Made by a program: the position numbers and the translations under genes. From Steroidobacteraceae bacterium (GTDB taxonomy: Bacteria > Pseudomonadota > Gammaproteobacteria > Steroidobacterales > Steroidobacteraceae), in assembly GCA_035542535.1 (NCBI GenBank), contig DATKLG010000004.1, positions 20,672 through 84,671 of the forward strand: 64,000 nt of DNA, given 5' to 3'. Each line of letters begins with the position of its first letter. The first letter of the stretch is position 1. This document shows positions 8,545 through 18,598 of this stretch, in pieces. The notes beneath the pieces are model-generated. The model worked only from the letters and a program-made list of their open reading frames with translations. It searched no databases and was not told the DNA's origin.

Positions 8545-10908
8545 TCAGTCGGGCTTCAAGGTCAGGGTGTGCTGCGCGGGACCCGGCAAGAAGGGCTGCG
8601 GCTCGCCGCGCGCCCAGGCCTCAAATCCCGACCGGTAGTAGGGCGACAGCGGGTGGCCGCTCTCCCCGCCCGGCAGCAGAAAATAGCCGTCCTGCTCGTG
8701 ACCCGGGGACACCGCGAAGCGTTCCGAGGCGCCGAAGGCGACCTGCTGGACGCGCGGCATGTGCGCATCGCCCGGCAGCGCGACGGCCGGCATGTCGATG
8801 AGCCTCCCGAGCACGGCCGGCAGCGCGCGCGACAACGGATGACGCACGCGCACCAGGTTGTGGCGGCCCCAGCTGCAGCGGGCCAGCTCCGGGCATTCCT
8901 TGCCGAGATCGGCGAGGGTGGCGTCGAGCTCGGCGATGAGGAATGCAGGCCAGTTCGCGTACTGCCGGGCGAGCAGGTGCGCCGGCTGGCCGGTCACGAG
9001 CTGCCACAGCGGGCCCTCGAACTGCGCGGGGGGACCGACGTCGTAGTCGGCCGGCACGGCAAGCGCGCCGACCACCATGCCCCAGACCGCATCGCGCGTG
9101 TGCTCGCGGAAGCTGCGCACCAGGGTGTAACCCACGGAATCGACGCCGGCGCGCGCATCCCACGCCTCGATCAGGCGCCGAAACTCGGCGCGCTGCGGCT
9201 GACCGCGGGTACTCGCATCGTCGAGAACGTGCAGCAGCAGCTCGCGCCAGCGGGCGAGGAACAGCGCGCGGTCATCGAGCTGAACGCGCAGCATGTCCAC
9301 GGGCTTGAGGTTGCCGGGAAGCGCGAGGACATCGCCGCGGATCTGCCGGGCGCGGGCTCCGAGCACATAGTTGGCGCCGTAGGGCGCGTCGGCGCCGCCG
9401 ATGAGCGCGAGCTCCCGCGGATCGACGCTGACGCGGGCGTTGGCGGTCCAGATGCGCCCGCGCGGCGGGTCGATCAGACGCGGATGGTCCGCGGCGCTGG
9501 TCCAGGACGCCTTGCCGAGTGCGCGCTCCGCCCCGGTGTCGTCCGGAATGCGCCCGAAGATGCTCCAGCCGATGTGCCCGTCGCGGTCCCCGACCACGAA
9601 GTTCTGGTGCGGAATGCCGACCTCCGGGGCGAGGGCGAGCGCCTCGGCCACGGAGGCCGCACGCTCGAGGCCGATGAGATTCAGGTTGGTCGCCTCGGGG
9701 AGCTGCGCCAGCCAGCCGAGGAACCAGCAGCTCGAGCGCTGCGGCTCCGCCTGCCAGAGCACTCCCGCGGGGCCGCTCCTGACAGCGAGCTCGGTATCCG
9801 CGCCGCCCTTCACGTGGATGCGCTCGCGCACCACGCTGAGCGCGAGGCTGCCCGCCGCGCTCGTCACGCTCTCATCCCCCACCGCGGTGCAGGGCACGCG
9901 CGTCAGGCTGATCCAGTTGCCGGCGCTGTTGGTGAATCCCCAGGCGATATGCGTGTTGGATCCGGCCACGAGCAGCGGTGCGCCCGGCAGCGTCGCCCCG
10001 ATCAGGTCGAGGCCGGCGCCCTCCTCCGTGGTTCGCAGCCGCGCCCGATACCACACCGCCGGCACGCGCAGGCCGAGGTGCATGTCGTTCGCAACGAGCG
10101 CGGAGCCGGTCGTCGTGAGGCGTCCGAACACCGCCCAGTTGTTGCTGCCCGCGACCGTGTCGGACTCGGCGGCTGCGGCGGCGGTCACGGGGCCGGCAGG
10201 CGCGCCGGGCGGCGCGGGCGCGTCCCGCACGTTGAGCGCCTCGGGGCCCGGAATCGCGGCGGACGCGGCCGGGGCCTCGGACCCGACCGGCGCGTCCCAC
10301 TCGGTGCGCTCCGGGTAGAGGAACGCGAGGGCGCACTTGGCCGCGCCGCAGTCGGCGCCACCGAGACGCGCGTTCACTTCCTGCCGGAGCCGCTCGTAGG
10401 CGAAGTCGCCCGCCTGCAGGTCCCACCACATGGCGTAGGTCACCAGGACCGTGTCCTCGGGGAGCCAGCCGGCCGGCGGCGCACCGAGCAGCCAGTACTC
10501 CCACGGGCGTGCGCCGAGGCTCGCGAGTCCCGCGTTGACCCCGCGCGCGTAAGACTCGAGCAGCGCGCGCTCGCCGTCGCTCGCGCGGGCGAGCACTGCG
10601 CGCGCGACGCTGCGCAGCCTGAAGAGCCGGGTCTCTCTGTCCCGGTCGAGCGCGACCTGACCGAAGAGCTCGGAGAGCTCCCCGGCGGCGAGGCGCCGCG
10701 ACAGATCCATCTGGAAAAAACGGTCCTGGCCGTGGACGAACCCGGTGCCGTAGGCGAGGTCGATGCGGTTGGCGGCCTCGATGGTGGGGACACCGAGCTC
10801 ATCGCGCGTGATGCGCACCGGGGCCTCGAGTCCCGCCGTGTGCAGCGTGCCGTCGAGCCGCGGGAGCGAGGCCCGCAGCAGCCCCACGGGCACGGCAAGC
10901 AGGATCAC
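8545..10908 (-). CDS. penicillin/acyl-homoserine-lactone acylase family protein (Ntn hydrolase)
   Basis: 787+ aa with the family N-terminus SLPRLDGTLHTAGLEAPVRITRDELGVPTIEAAN and the nucleophile site GSNNWAV after the spacer. The true start is probably upstream of 10908 (see finding). Confidence 0.85.
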   Translation of the reverse strand: MILLAVPVGLLRASLPRLDGTLHTAGLEAPVRITRDELGVPTIEAANRIDLAYGTGFVHGQDRFFQMDLSRRLAAGELSELFGQVALDRDRETRLFRLRSVARAVLARASDGERALLESYARGVNAGLASLGARPWEYWLLGAPPAGWLPEDTVLVTYAMWWDLQAGDFAYERLRQEVNARLGGADCGAAKCALAFLYPERTEWDAPVGSEAPAASAAIPGPEALNVRDAPAPPGAPAGPVTAAAAAESDTVAGSNNWAVFGRLTTTGSALVANDMHLGLRVPAVWYRARLRTTEEGAGLDLIGATLPGAPLLVAGSNTHIAWGFTNSAGNWISLTRVPCTAVGDESVTSAAGSLALSVVRERIHVKGGADTELAVRSGPAGVLWQAEPQRSSCWFLGWLAQLPEATNLNLIGLERAASVAEALALAPEVGIPHQNFVVGDRDGHIGWSIFGRIPDDTGAERALGKASWTSAADHPRLIDPPRGRIWTANARVSVDPRELALIGGADAPYGANYVLGARARQIRGDVLALPGNLKPVDMLRVQLDDRALFLARWRELLLHVLDDASTRGQPQRAEFRRLIEAWDARAGVDSVGYTLVRSFREHTRDAVWGMVVGALAVPADYDVGPPAQFEGPLWQLVTGQPAHLLARQYANWPAFLIAELDATLADLGKECPELARCSWGRHNLVRVRHPLSRALPAVLGRLIDMPAVALPGDAHMPRVQQVAFGASERFAVSPGHEQDGYFLLPGGESGHPLSPYYRSGFEAWARGEPQPFLPGPAQHTLTLKPD

Positions 10909-10976
10909 GACCAGCAGCGCGACCGCCGCGCCCAGGTAGCTGAGGAAGCGCAGGAGGCTGCGTCGGTCGAAGGACG

Positions 10977-12416
10977 TCAGTCGAGCACCACTTTCAGGAT
11001 CTGCATGGAGTTGGTCCCTCCCTGAACACCCGAGAGCTCGCCCTTGGTGAGTATCACCAGGTCATTGAGCTCGACCAGACGCAGCTCGAGCAGCCGCCTG
11101 AAGAGCGCCCGATACAGCGCCTCCACCGAGGCCGAGCCCGTTACGTCGAAGATCACCGGGTACACGCCGCGGTAGAGCGTCACGCGGCGGCGCGTCGCCT
11201 CGTGACGCGTGAAGGCGTACACGGGGATGTCCGAGCGGATGCGCGACATCCACAGCGGCGTCGCTCCGGACTCCGTCAGCGCGACGATGGCGCGCACCTT
11301 CATGTGATTGGCCGTATACATGACGGCCATCGCGATCGCCTCTTCCGTGCCCCTGAACACGCCCTCGACCGAGCGCTGCCGGGCGCGGGGGTGGGTGAGC
11401 TGATACTTCTCCGCACCCGCGATCACGTCGGCCATGGCCTCGACGGCCTTGACCGGATAGCGGCCCGTGGCGGTCTCCGCCGAGAGCATCACGGCATCCG
11501 TGCCGTCCATCACAGCGTTGGCGACGTCGCTCACCTCGGCGCGCGTCGGCACCGGATTCTGGATCATCGATTCCATCATCTGGGTGGCGGTGATCACCAC
11601 GCGGTTGCAGGCGCGGGTATCGTGGATGATGGTCTTCTGCAGTCCCGTGAGCTCGGCGTAGCCCATCTCCACGCCGAGATCGCCGCGCGCCACCATGACG
11701 ACGTCGGAGGCGTCGATGATGCCGGCGAGGTTCTCCACCGCCTCGTGACGCTCGACCTTGGCGACGATGCGGGCATCGCCGCCGGCGGCGCGCACCAGCC
11801 TGCGCGCCTGCTCGATGTCGGCGGCCGCGCGCGCGAACGACACCGCGAGATAGTCGACCCCCTCCTCGGCCGCGAAGCGGATGTCCTCGCGGTCGCGCTC
11901 GGAGATCGCCGGCGCCGAGATCCCGCCGCCCTGGCGGTTGAGACCCTTGCGGTCGGAGAGCGCGCCGCCGACCCGCACCCGGGTGTCGATGGTGGTCGCG
12001 CCGACACGCTCGACGTCCAGCACGATCTGCCCGTCGGCCAGCAGCAGCGTATCGCCCGCGGCGACGTCGCGCGGCAGCTCCTTGTAGGCGACCCCCACGC
12101 GCGCGCTGGTGCCGGCGCTCGGATCGAGCTCCGTATCGAGCGTGAAGGCCTGGCCTTCGGCGAGCCTGATGGGCCCGTCGCGGAAGCACTCGATGCGGAT
12201 CTTCGGTCCGCCGAGATCGAGCAGCACGCCGACGCAGCGGTCGGCCCGGTGCGCGGCCTGGCGCGCTGCGCCGAGGCGCCGGCGGCGGTCCTCGACCGTG
12301 CCGTGCGAGGCGTTGAGCCGCACCACGTCGAGGCCGGCGTGGATCATCTCCGTGAGCACGTCGAGCTCGTCGGTAGCGGGTCCCAGCGTCGCTACGATCT
12401 TGGTGCGCCTCAGCAT
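10977..12416 (-). CDS. pyk: pyruvate kinase
   Basis: MLRRTKIVATLGPATDE... begins at ATG 12416 and gives 479 aa with typical PK motifs (NASHG, MVARGDLGVE). The 843-aa track ORF is an in-frame upstream extension overlapping pgk. Confidence 0.95.
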   Translation of the reverse strand: MLRRTKIVATLGPATDELDVLTEMIHAGLDVVRLNASHGTVEDRRRRLGAARQAAHRADRCVGVLLDLGGPKIRIECFRDGPIRLAEGQAFTLDTELDPSAGTSARVGVAYKELPRDVAAGDTLLLADGQIVLDVERVGATTIDTRVRVGGALSDRKGLNRQGGGISAPAISERDREDIRFAAEEGVDYLAVSFARAAADIEQARRLVRAAGGDARIVAKVERHEAVENLAGIIDASDVVMVARGDLGVEMGYAELTGLQKTIIHDTRACNRVVITATQMMESMIQNPVPTRAEVSDVANAVMDGTDAVMLSAETATGRYPVKAVEAMADVIAGAEKYQLTHPRARQRSVEGVFRGTEEAIAMAVMYTANHMKVRAIVALTESGATPLWMSRIRSDIPVYAFTRHEATRRRVTLYRGVYPVIFDVTGSASVEALYRALFRRLLELRLVELNDLVILTKGELSGVQGGTNSMQILKVVLD

Positions 12417-12429
12417 GGCAGGTGCGTCC

Positions 12430-13608
12430 TCAGCCCGCGGCGCGCTGCTCGAGCACGGCGACCGCCGGGAGCGTCTTGCCTTCCACAAACTCGAGAAAGG
12501 CGCCGCCACCGGTCGAGATGTAGGAGATGCCGTCCTCGACCCCGTACTTCTCGATGGCCGCGAGCGTATCGCCGCCGCCGGCGAGCGAGAACGCCTTGCT
12601 GCGCGCGATCGCCTGCGCGACCGTGCGGGTACCTTCGCCGAACTGCTCGAACTCGAACACCCCGACGGGGCCGTTCCAGATGATGGTGCCGGCGGCCTGC
12701 AGCAGCGCGCCCCAGCGGTCGGCACTGTCGGGACCGATGTCGAGGACCATCTCGTCGGGGCGCACGTCGCCCACGGCGCGCACGTCGGCGTGCGCGGTGG
12801 CCGCGAACTCCTTGCCCACCACGACGTCGCTCGGCAGCGGGATGGCCGCGCCGCGCGCACCCGCGCGCTCCATGAGACGTCGGGCGACGTCGAGCATCTC
12901 CGCCTCGTGCAGCGATTTGCCCACCGCGACCCCGGTGGCCGCCAGAAAGGTGTTGGCAATACCGCCGCCGACGATGAGCTGATCCACCTTCTCGAGCAGC
13001 GACTCGAGCACCATGAGCTTGGTCGAGACCTTCGAGCCGCCGACCACCGCCACCAGCGGGCGCGCCGGCTGCTTGAGCGCCCGCTCGAGCGCCTCGAGCT
13101 CACCGACCAGGAGCGGTCCCGCGCACGCCACGGGCGCGAACCGCGCCACACCATGGGTACTGGCCTCGGCGCGATGCGCGGTACCGAAGGCATCCATGAC
13201 GAACACCTCGCACAGCGCCGCCATGCGCCGCGCGAGCTGCTCGTCGTCGGACTTCTCGCCCTTGTTGAAGCGGACGTTCTCGCACAGCACCGCGGTGCCG
13301 GCCGGGCAGTCGACGCCGCCGAGCCAATCGCGGCGCAGTGGCACGGGCTTGCCGAGCAGCTCCGAGAGCCGCGCCGCCACCGGTGCCAGGGTGAGCGCCG
13401 GATCGTCCATACCCTCCTTGGGGCGCCCGAGGTGCGAGAGGATGAACACCCTGGCGTGCTGATCGAGCGCGTAGCGAATGGTGGCGAGGGCTGCGCGGAT
13501 GCGCGCATCGCTCGTCACCGCGCCATCCTGCACCGGAACGTTGAGGTCCTCGCGGATGAGGACCCGCTTGTTGCGCAGGTCCGCATCCGTCATGCGCAGC
13601 AGCTTCAT
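12430..13608 (-). CDS. pgk: phosphoglycerate kinase
   Basis: [26 protein letters not shown]... gives 392 aa. ATG 13608 overlaps the gap stop (ATGA). Confidence 0.95.
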   Translation of the reverse strand: MKLLRMTDADLRNKRVLIREDLNVPVQDGAVTSDARIRAALATIRYALDQHARVFILSHLGRPKEGMDDPALTLAPVAARLSELLGKPVPLRRDWLGGVDCPAGTAVLCENVRFNKGEKSDDEQLARRMAALCEVFVMDAFGTAHRAEASTHGVARFAPVACAGPLLVGELEALERALKQPARPLVAVVGGSKVSTKLMVLESLLEKVDQLIVGGGIANTFLAATGVAVGKSLHEAEMLDVARRLMERAGARGAAIPLPSDVVVGKEFAATAHADVRAVGDVRPDEMVLDIGPDSADRWGALLQAAGTIIWNGPVGVFEFEQFGEGTRTVAQAIARSKAFSLAGGGDTLAAIEKYGVEDGISYISTGGGAFLEFVEGKTLPAVAVLEQRAAG

Positions 13609-14618
13609 GAAGCCTTGGACCAGGCGAGCGTGGTGTCGATCATGCGATTGGAGAAGCCCCATTCGTTGTCGTACCAGGCGCATACCTTGACGAGCGTCCC
13701 GTCGACTACCTTGGTGAGGGTGGCGTCGAAGATCGCGGAGTGCGCGTCGTGGTTGAAGTCGACGGACACCAGGGGCTCGGAGTTGTAGGCCAGGATGCCG
13801 CGCATCGGGCCGGCCGCCGCCTCCTTCAGAGACTGGTTGACCTCCTCGACGGAGGTCGCGCGTTTGGCGCTGAAGGTGAGGTCGACCAGCGACACGTTGA
13901 TGGTCGGGACGCGTACCGCGAAGCCATCGAGCTTGCCCTTGAGCTCCGGCAGCACCAACCCGACCGCCGCCGCGGCGCCGGTCTTGGTCGGAATCTGCGA
14001 CATGGTGGCCGAGCGTGCCCGCCTGAGGTCGGAGTGGTACACGTCGGTCAGCACCTGATCGTTGGTGTAGGCATGAATCGTGGTCATGATGCCCGCGGCG
14101 ATCCCGACCTTGCCGTGCAGCACCTTGGCGACGGGCGCCAGGCAGTTGGTGGTGCACGAGGCGTTGGAGATGACGGTGAAGCTGCTCCTGAGCGTCTGCT
14201 CGTTGACGCCGTAGACGATCGTGGCATCGACGTCGTCACCGCCCGGCGCCGAGATCACCACCTTCTTCGCCCCGCCTTTCAGGTGCGCGCCGGCCTTCGC
14301 CTTGCTGGTGAAGAGCCCGGTGCACTCGAGCACGAACTCGACCCCGAGCTCCCCCCAGGGGAGCTTGGCCGGATCGCGCTCCGCCAGCACCCGCACGCGG
14401 TCGCCGTTGACGACCATGCAGTCGCCGTCGACCTGCACCTCGCCCGGGAACCTGCCGTGCGCGGTGTCGTAGCGCGTCAGGTGTGCGTTGGTCTTCGGGT
14501 CGCCCAGGTCGTTGAGCGCCACGATCCTGAGCTCGCCGGTGCGGCCGCCCTCGTAGAGAGCGCGCAGCACGTTGCGCCCGATGCGGCCGTAGCCGTTGAT
14601 CCCGACCTTGATTGCCAT
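13605..14618 (-). CDS. gap: glyceraldehyde-3-phosphate dehydrogenase
   Basis: [20 protein letters not shown] and the [12 protein letters not shown] active site are present. ATG 14618 overlaps the tkt stop by 1 nt (TGATG); the track start at 14621 is a TTG. Confidence 0.95.
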   Translation of the reverse strand: MAIKVGINGYGRIGRNVLRALYEGGRTGELRIVALNDLGDPKTNAHLTRYDTAHGRFPGEVQVDGDCMVVNGDRVRVLAERDPAKLPWGELGVEFVLECTGLFTSKAKAGAHLKGGAKKVVISAPGGDDVDATIVYGVNEQTLRSSFTVISNASCTTNCLAPVAKVLHGKVGIAAGIMTTIHAYTNDQVLTDVYHSDLRRARSATMSQIPTKTGAAAAVGLVLPELKGKLDGFAVRVPTINVSLVDLTFSAKRATSVEEVNQSLKEAAAGPMRGILAYNSEPLVSVDFNHDAHSAIFDATLTKVVDGTLVKVCAWYDNEWGFSNRMIDTTLAWSKAS

Positions 14619-16615
14619 CAAGCCTCCAGCAGTGTGCGCAGGTGTTGCGCAATATTATCGGCGGTAAAGCCGAAATGAGCGAACAGGTCGGCCGCCTTGC
14701 CCGAGGCGCCGAAACGGTCTATCCCGAGCACCTGGCCCGCCAGTCCGACGTAGCGCCACCAGCTCTGGGTCGCCCCCGCCTCGACTGCCAGCCGCCGGGT
14801 GACCGCGGGCGGCAGCACCGCCTCGCGCCACGCTGCATCCTGCGCATCGAAGGTGTCGGTGGACGGCATCGACACGAGGCGCAGGCGCCGGCCGGCGGCG
14901 TTGAGCGAGCTCACCGCCTGGGCCGCGATGCCGACCTCGGAACCCGTGGCGATGACGAGCGCCTCCGGAACGCCGGCGCAATCGATCAGCACGTAGCCGC
15001 CGCGGGCGATGTCGGCGCGCTGCGCGTCCGTGCGCGGCTGCTGTGGCAGCCCCTGTCGCGTCAGCACCAGGGCGGTGGGCGCACGCCGCTCGAGCGCGCT
15101 CATCCAGGCGACCGCGGTCTCGGCCGCATCGCACGGGCGCCACAGGCTCAGGTGCGGCATCGCGCGCAGGCTCGCGAGGTGCTCGATGGGCTGGTGAGTC
15201 GGACCATCCTCGCCCAGGCCGATGGAGTCATGCGAGTACACGAGAATCACGCGCTGCTGCATCAGGCAGGCGAGGCGCACGGCGTTGCGCGCGTAGTCGC
15301 AGAACACCAGGAAGGTGCCGCCGTAGGGAATGAGACCGCCGTGGAGCGCAAGGCCGTTCATGATCGCCGTCATGCCGAACTCGCGCACGCCGTAGTGCAG
15401 GTAGTCGCCCGCCTCGTCCTGCGGCGTGAGGGTGCGTGCTCCCTTGAAGAGGGTGCTGTTCGACTGAGTGAGATCGGCCGAGCCGCCGAAGAGCTCGGGC
15501 AGCGCCGGAGCGAGCGCATTGAGCACCGCCTGCGAGGAGGCACGGGTGGCCTGTGCAGCGGTCTGCTTCGAGAGCGGCTCGAGCGCCTGAGCCGACGTCG
15601 TGCGCCAGCCCGTGGGCAGATCCCCGCGCATGCGTCGCTCGAACTCGCGCGCCTCCGCCGGGTAAGCGCTCGCATAGCGGCCGAAGAGCTCGCGCCAGGC
15701 AGCCTCGCGCGCCGCGCCCTGCGAGCGCTGGTCCCAGGCCGCGCGGATCTCCTCGGGCACGACGAACGGTGGGTACGGCCAGCCGAGAGTGGCGCGCGCC
15801 GCGGCGACCTCCTCCGGGCCGAGCGCCTCGCCGTGCGCCTCCTTGCTGCCCTGCTTGTGAGGCGCGCCGTAGCCGATGATGGTCTTGCAGCAGATGAGCG
15901 AGGGGCGAGCGGTCTCGGCGCGCGCCGTGCGGATCGCGGCGGCCACGGCCTCGCCGTCGAGCCCGTCGACGCCGGGTATCACCTGCCAGCCGTAGGCCGC
16001 GAAGCGCTTGGGCGTGTCGTCGGTGAACCAGCCGGCAACCCTGCCGTCGATCGAGATGCCGTTGTCGTCATAGAAGACGATGAGCTTGCCGAGGCCGAGC
16101 GTGCCGGCGAGCGAGCACGCTTCGTGGGAGACGCCCTCCATCAGGCAGCCGTCGCCGCAGAAGGCATAAGTATGGTGATCGACGAGCGCGAGACCGGGGC
16201 GATTGAAGTGCAGCGCCAGAAGTTTCTCGGCGAGCGCCATGCCGACCGCATTGGCGAGCCCCTGCCCGAGCGGTCCGGTGGTCGTCTCGATCCCTACGGC
16301 CAAGTCGTGCTCGGGATGCCCGGGAGTCTTGCTGCCGAGCTGGCGGAACGCCTCGAGGTCCTGGATGCCGAGCCGATAGCCGGTCAGGTACAGCACCGAG
16401 TAGAGCAGCATCGAGCCGTGGCCGTTCGAGAGCACGAAGCGGTCGCGGTTCGCCCAGGAGGGATTGGCGGGGTTGTGCTTGAGGAAGTCGCACCACAGTG
16501 CCTGCGCGATGTCCGCCATGCCCATCGGCATACCGGGGTGTCCGGAATTCGCGCGCTGCACCGCGTCCATCGACAGCGCGCGGATGGCATTGGCGAGTTC
16601 ACGACGAGTGCTCAT
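14618..16615 (-). CDS. tkt: transketolase
   Basis: [37 protein letters not shown]... gives 665 aa from ATG 16615. It is the first gene of a co-directional tkt-gap-pgk-pyk block. Confidence 0.95.
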   Translation of the reverse strand: MSTRRELANAIRALSMDAVQRANSGHPGMPMGMADIAQALWCDFLKHNPANPSWANRDRFVLSNGHGSMLLYSVLYLTGYRLGIQDLEAFRQLGSKTPGHPEHDLAVGIETTTGPLGQGLANAVGMALAEKLLALHFNRPGLALVDHHTYAFCGDGCLMEGVSHEACSLAGTLGLGKLIVFYDDNGISIDGRVAGWFTDDTPKRFAAYGWQVIPGVDGLDGEAVAAAIRTARAETARPSLICCKTIIGYGAPHKQGSKEAHGEALGPEEVAAARATLGWPYPPFVVPEEIRAAWDQRSQGAAREAAWRELFGRYASAYPAEAREFERRMRGDLPTGWRTTSAQALEPLSKQTAAQATRASSQAVLNALAPALPELFGGSADLTQSNSTLFKGARTLTPQDEAGDYLHYGVREFGMTAIMNGLALHGGLIPYGGTFLVFCDYARNAVRLACLMQQRVILVYSHDSIGLGEDGPTHQPIEHLASLRAMPHLSLWRPCDAAETAVAWMSALERRAPTALVLTRQGLPQQPRTDAQRADIARGGYVLIDCAGVPEALVIATGSEVGIAAQAVSSLNAAGRRLRLVSMPSTDTFDAQDAAWREAVLPPAVTRRLAVEAGATQSWWRYVGLAGQVLGIDRFGASGKAADLFAHFGFTADNIAQHLRTLLEA

Positions 16616-16913
16616 GCGGTGCCTTCGGCGACCTGGGGAGGCCGCGGTGCCTGGCGGCCCTTCAGGGGCGCGCATTCTCCCAAAGGCGCGCCCGATGCTC
16701 AAATCACTCTACCCGCGGCGCCGTGCGCCCCGCGACCCGATGATGCGACTTAAGTTCCCGCCGGTGCGTACCGGCCACGGGCATGCTTCACATTATCAGC
16801 AGCGTGCAGCGCGCGCCGGTCCTTGCAGTACGCACGGCACGACCGGGCCGGGAAGGAGCCGGCGACCTGGTTCACTGCCTGCATATACCGCCTCTGCTAA
16901 CCTTACTTTTCTC

Positions 16914-17705
16914 ATGAGCGTCGTTCGCCTCACACACTTTACCGATCCGCATCTCTACGGCAGCGAAGCCGAGGAGCTGCGGGGCGTTGCGACTCTGCCC
17001 GCGCTCAAGGCTGCGCTGGCGCGCGCGCAGTCGCACGCCTGGCCGCCGGATGCGCTGCTCGTCACCGGCGACATCGTGCAGGACGATCCGGCAGGCTACC
17101 CGCACTTCCGCCGGCTGTTCGGCGCCCTCGGGATCCCGGTGCTGTGCATCCCGGGCAACCATGACGAGCCGCAGGCGCTGCAGCGCGAGCTCGCCGGCGC
17201 GCCCTTCGTCGTCGGCGGCCACGTCGACCTCGGGCGCTGGCGCATCGTGCTGCTCGACAGCTGCCTGCCGGGCTCGGCCAGCGGCCGCCTGAGCGGCGCG
17301 AGCCTGACGGGGCTCGAAGCTGCGCTCGCCGGTGCCGGCGGCCGTCACTGCCTCGTGTGCCTGCATCATCATCCGGTGCCGATGTCGAGCCGCTGGCTCG
17401 ACCGCGTCGGGCTCACCAACGCGCCCGAGTTCTTCGAGGTCATCGACCGGCACCCGCTGGTGCGCGCCATCGCCTGGGGCCACGTGCACCAGGCATACGA
17501 GGGCCTGCGGAAGAACGTGCGTCTGCTCGCCACGCCCTCGACGTGCGCGCAGTTCCTGCCCAGGTCCGAGGACTTCGCGGTCGATCTCCGGCCGCCGGCG
17601 TATCGTACGCTGGAGCTGCGCGCCGACGGCTCGTTGCTCACGGAGGTCGTGTGGCTCGATCAGCATCGTGGTGGTTCCTCGCGCTCGGCCTGCTCGGCTG
17701 CCTGA
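16914..17705 (+). CDS. cpdA: 3',5'-cyclic-nucleotide phosphodiesterase CpdA-type metallophosphoesterase
   Basis: Metallophosphoesterase motifs are present in order: FTDPHL, VTGDIV, GNHDE, LHHHP, WGHVH. The start is ATG 16914; the track ORF is extended upstream to 16464. Confidence 0.8.
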   Translation: MSVVRLTHFTDPHLYGSEAEELRGVATLPALKAALARAQSHAWPPDALLVTGDIVQDDPAGYPHFRRLFGALGIPVLCIPGNHDEPQALQRELAGAPFVVGGHVDLGRWRIVLLDSCLPGSASGRLSGASLTGLEAALAGAGGRHCLVCLHHHPVPMSSRWLDRVGLTNAPEFFEVIDRHPLVRAIAWGHVHQAYEGLRKNVRLLATPSTCAQFLPRSEDFAVDLRPPAYRTLELRADGSLLTEVVWLDQHRGGSSRSACSAA

Positions 17706-18520
17706 ACGCGCGGGCCGCGAGCCCCGTGTGGGCCATCCGCGGCGCACACAACACCGTCTATCTCGCCGGCTCGATTCATCTGTTGCGGGCTGCGGACGCC
17801 GCGCTTCCGGCGGGCTTCGGCCAGGCCTATCAGGCTTCCGCGCGGGTGATGATGGAGATCGACTTGGGCAAGCTCGACCCGCAGGACATGGCCGAGACGC
17901 TGCTCGCGCACGGCCTGCTCCCGGGTGACACGAGCCTGCGCCAGGTCGTGGGCGAGGCGCGCTATCAGCGCGTGAGCGCGGCGGCGACCTCGCTCGGCCT
18001 GCCCGCCGAGGCGCTCGACCGCCAGGCCCCCTGGATGGTCGGCCTCGAGCTCACCGAGCTCGAGTACGCGCACCTCGGCTTCGATCCTGAGCAGGGAGTC
18101 GAGCAGCAGCTGGTGCGGCGTGCGCTCGAGGATCACAAGCCGACCGGCGGCCTCGAAAGCCTCGCGGACGAGCTCGCGGTGTTCGCGGCCATGTCGCAGC
18201 CCCAGCAGGTTCGCTTCCTCGACATGGTGGTCGACGATCTCGCCGACTCAGACGACGACACGCGCGCCGTGCTCGAGGCGTGGCGGCGCGGCGATGCCAC
18301 ACGGCTCGGCGCACTGCTCGCGCACGAATATCGCTCCTTCCCGGCGCTCTATCAGGCCCTGGTGACCGACCGCAACCGGCGCTGGCTGCCCGAGATCGAG
18401 CGGCTGCTCGCGGGCGACGAGGACTGCCTGGTCGTGGTGGGTGCTCTGCACCTGGTGGGCACGGGCGGCTTGCTCGAAGCGCTCCGCAAGGACGGCTACG
18501 CGCCGACGCAACTCAATTAG
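17651..18520 (+). CDS. TraB/GumN family protein, secreted
   Basis: It has the GumN-like N-terminus VWAIRGAHNTVYLAGSIHLL and the C-terminal VVVGALHLVGTGGLL. The signal peptide (ARSASWWFLALGLLGCLNARAASP) requires GTG 17651, which overlaps the cpdA 3' end by 55 nt. Confidence 0.7.
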   Translation: MARSASWWFLALGLLGCLNARAASPVWAIRGAHNTVYLAGSIHLLRAADAALPAGFGQAYQASARVMMEIDLGKLDPQDMAETLLAHGLLPGDTSLRQVVGEARYQRVSAAATSLGLPAEALDRQAPWMVGLELTELEYAHLGFDPEQGVEQQLVRRALEDHKPTGGLESLADELAVFAAMSQPQQVRFLDMVVDDLADSDDDTRAVLEAWRRGDATRLGALLAHEYRSFPALYQALVTDRNRRWLPEIERLLAGDEDCLVVVGALHLVGTGGLLEALRKDGYAPTQLN

Positions 18521-18598
18521 TTAATTGGCCGAAATCGCCGGACGGCGATTTCGGCGGACATCACTCCGTCGACCGCCGGCCTGCGAAAAAACGCCACA
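18521..18598. repeat. structured intergenic repeat, copy A (inverted relative to copies at 33978-34135)
   Basis: TTAATTGGCCGAAATCGCC-GGAC-GGCGATTTCGGCGGACATCACTCCGTCGACCGCCGGC... contains a 12-bp perfect hairpin (18528-18539 / 18544-18555). Its reverse complement matches 34072-34135 almost base for base. Confidence 0.85.

Noticed and set aside
8569-11025. 818-aa plus-strand ORF, with similar very long ORFs at 14612-16753 (+), 27144-30632 (+), 38346-41462 (-), 42450-44285 (-), 46843-49116 (+) and 50123-52009 (+)
   Set aside because: All are antisense to, or frame-shifted within, well-supported conserved genes (acylase, tkt, hppA plus the GGDEF-EAL gene, BNR1, BNR2, glnE, groEL). Their translations are Arg/Ala/Gly/Pro/His low-complexity strings with no recognisable motifs. 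Long stop-free antisense frames are expected at ~70% GC.
10977-13508. Track ORFs that appear as giant fusions or long N-terminal extensions: 10977-13508, 12430-14157, 21653-23629, 34137-35663, 35413-37164, 16464-17705 and 1785-3182
   Set aside because: In each case the recognisable protein (pyk, pgk, mpl, waaA, kdkA, cpdA, lptB) begins at an internal start with a family-typical N-terminus. The upstream part overlaps the preceding gene in another frame and is low-complexity. These are upstream stop-free read-ins, not fusions.
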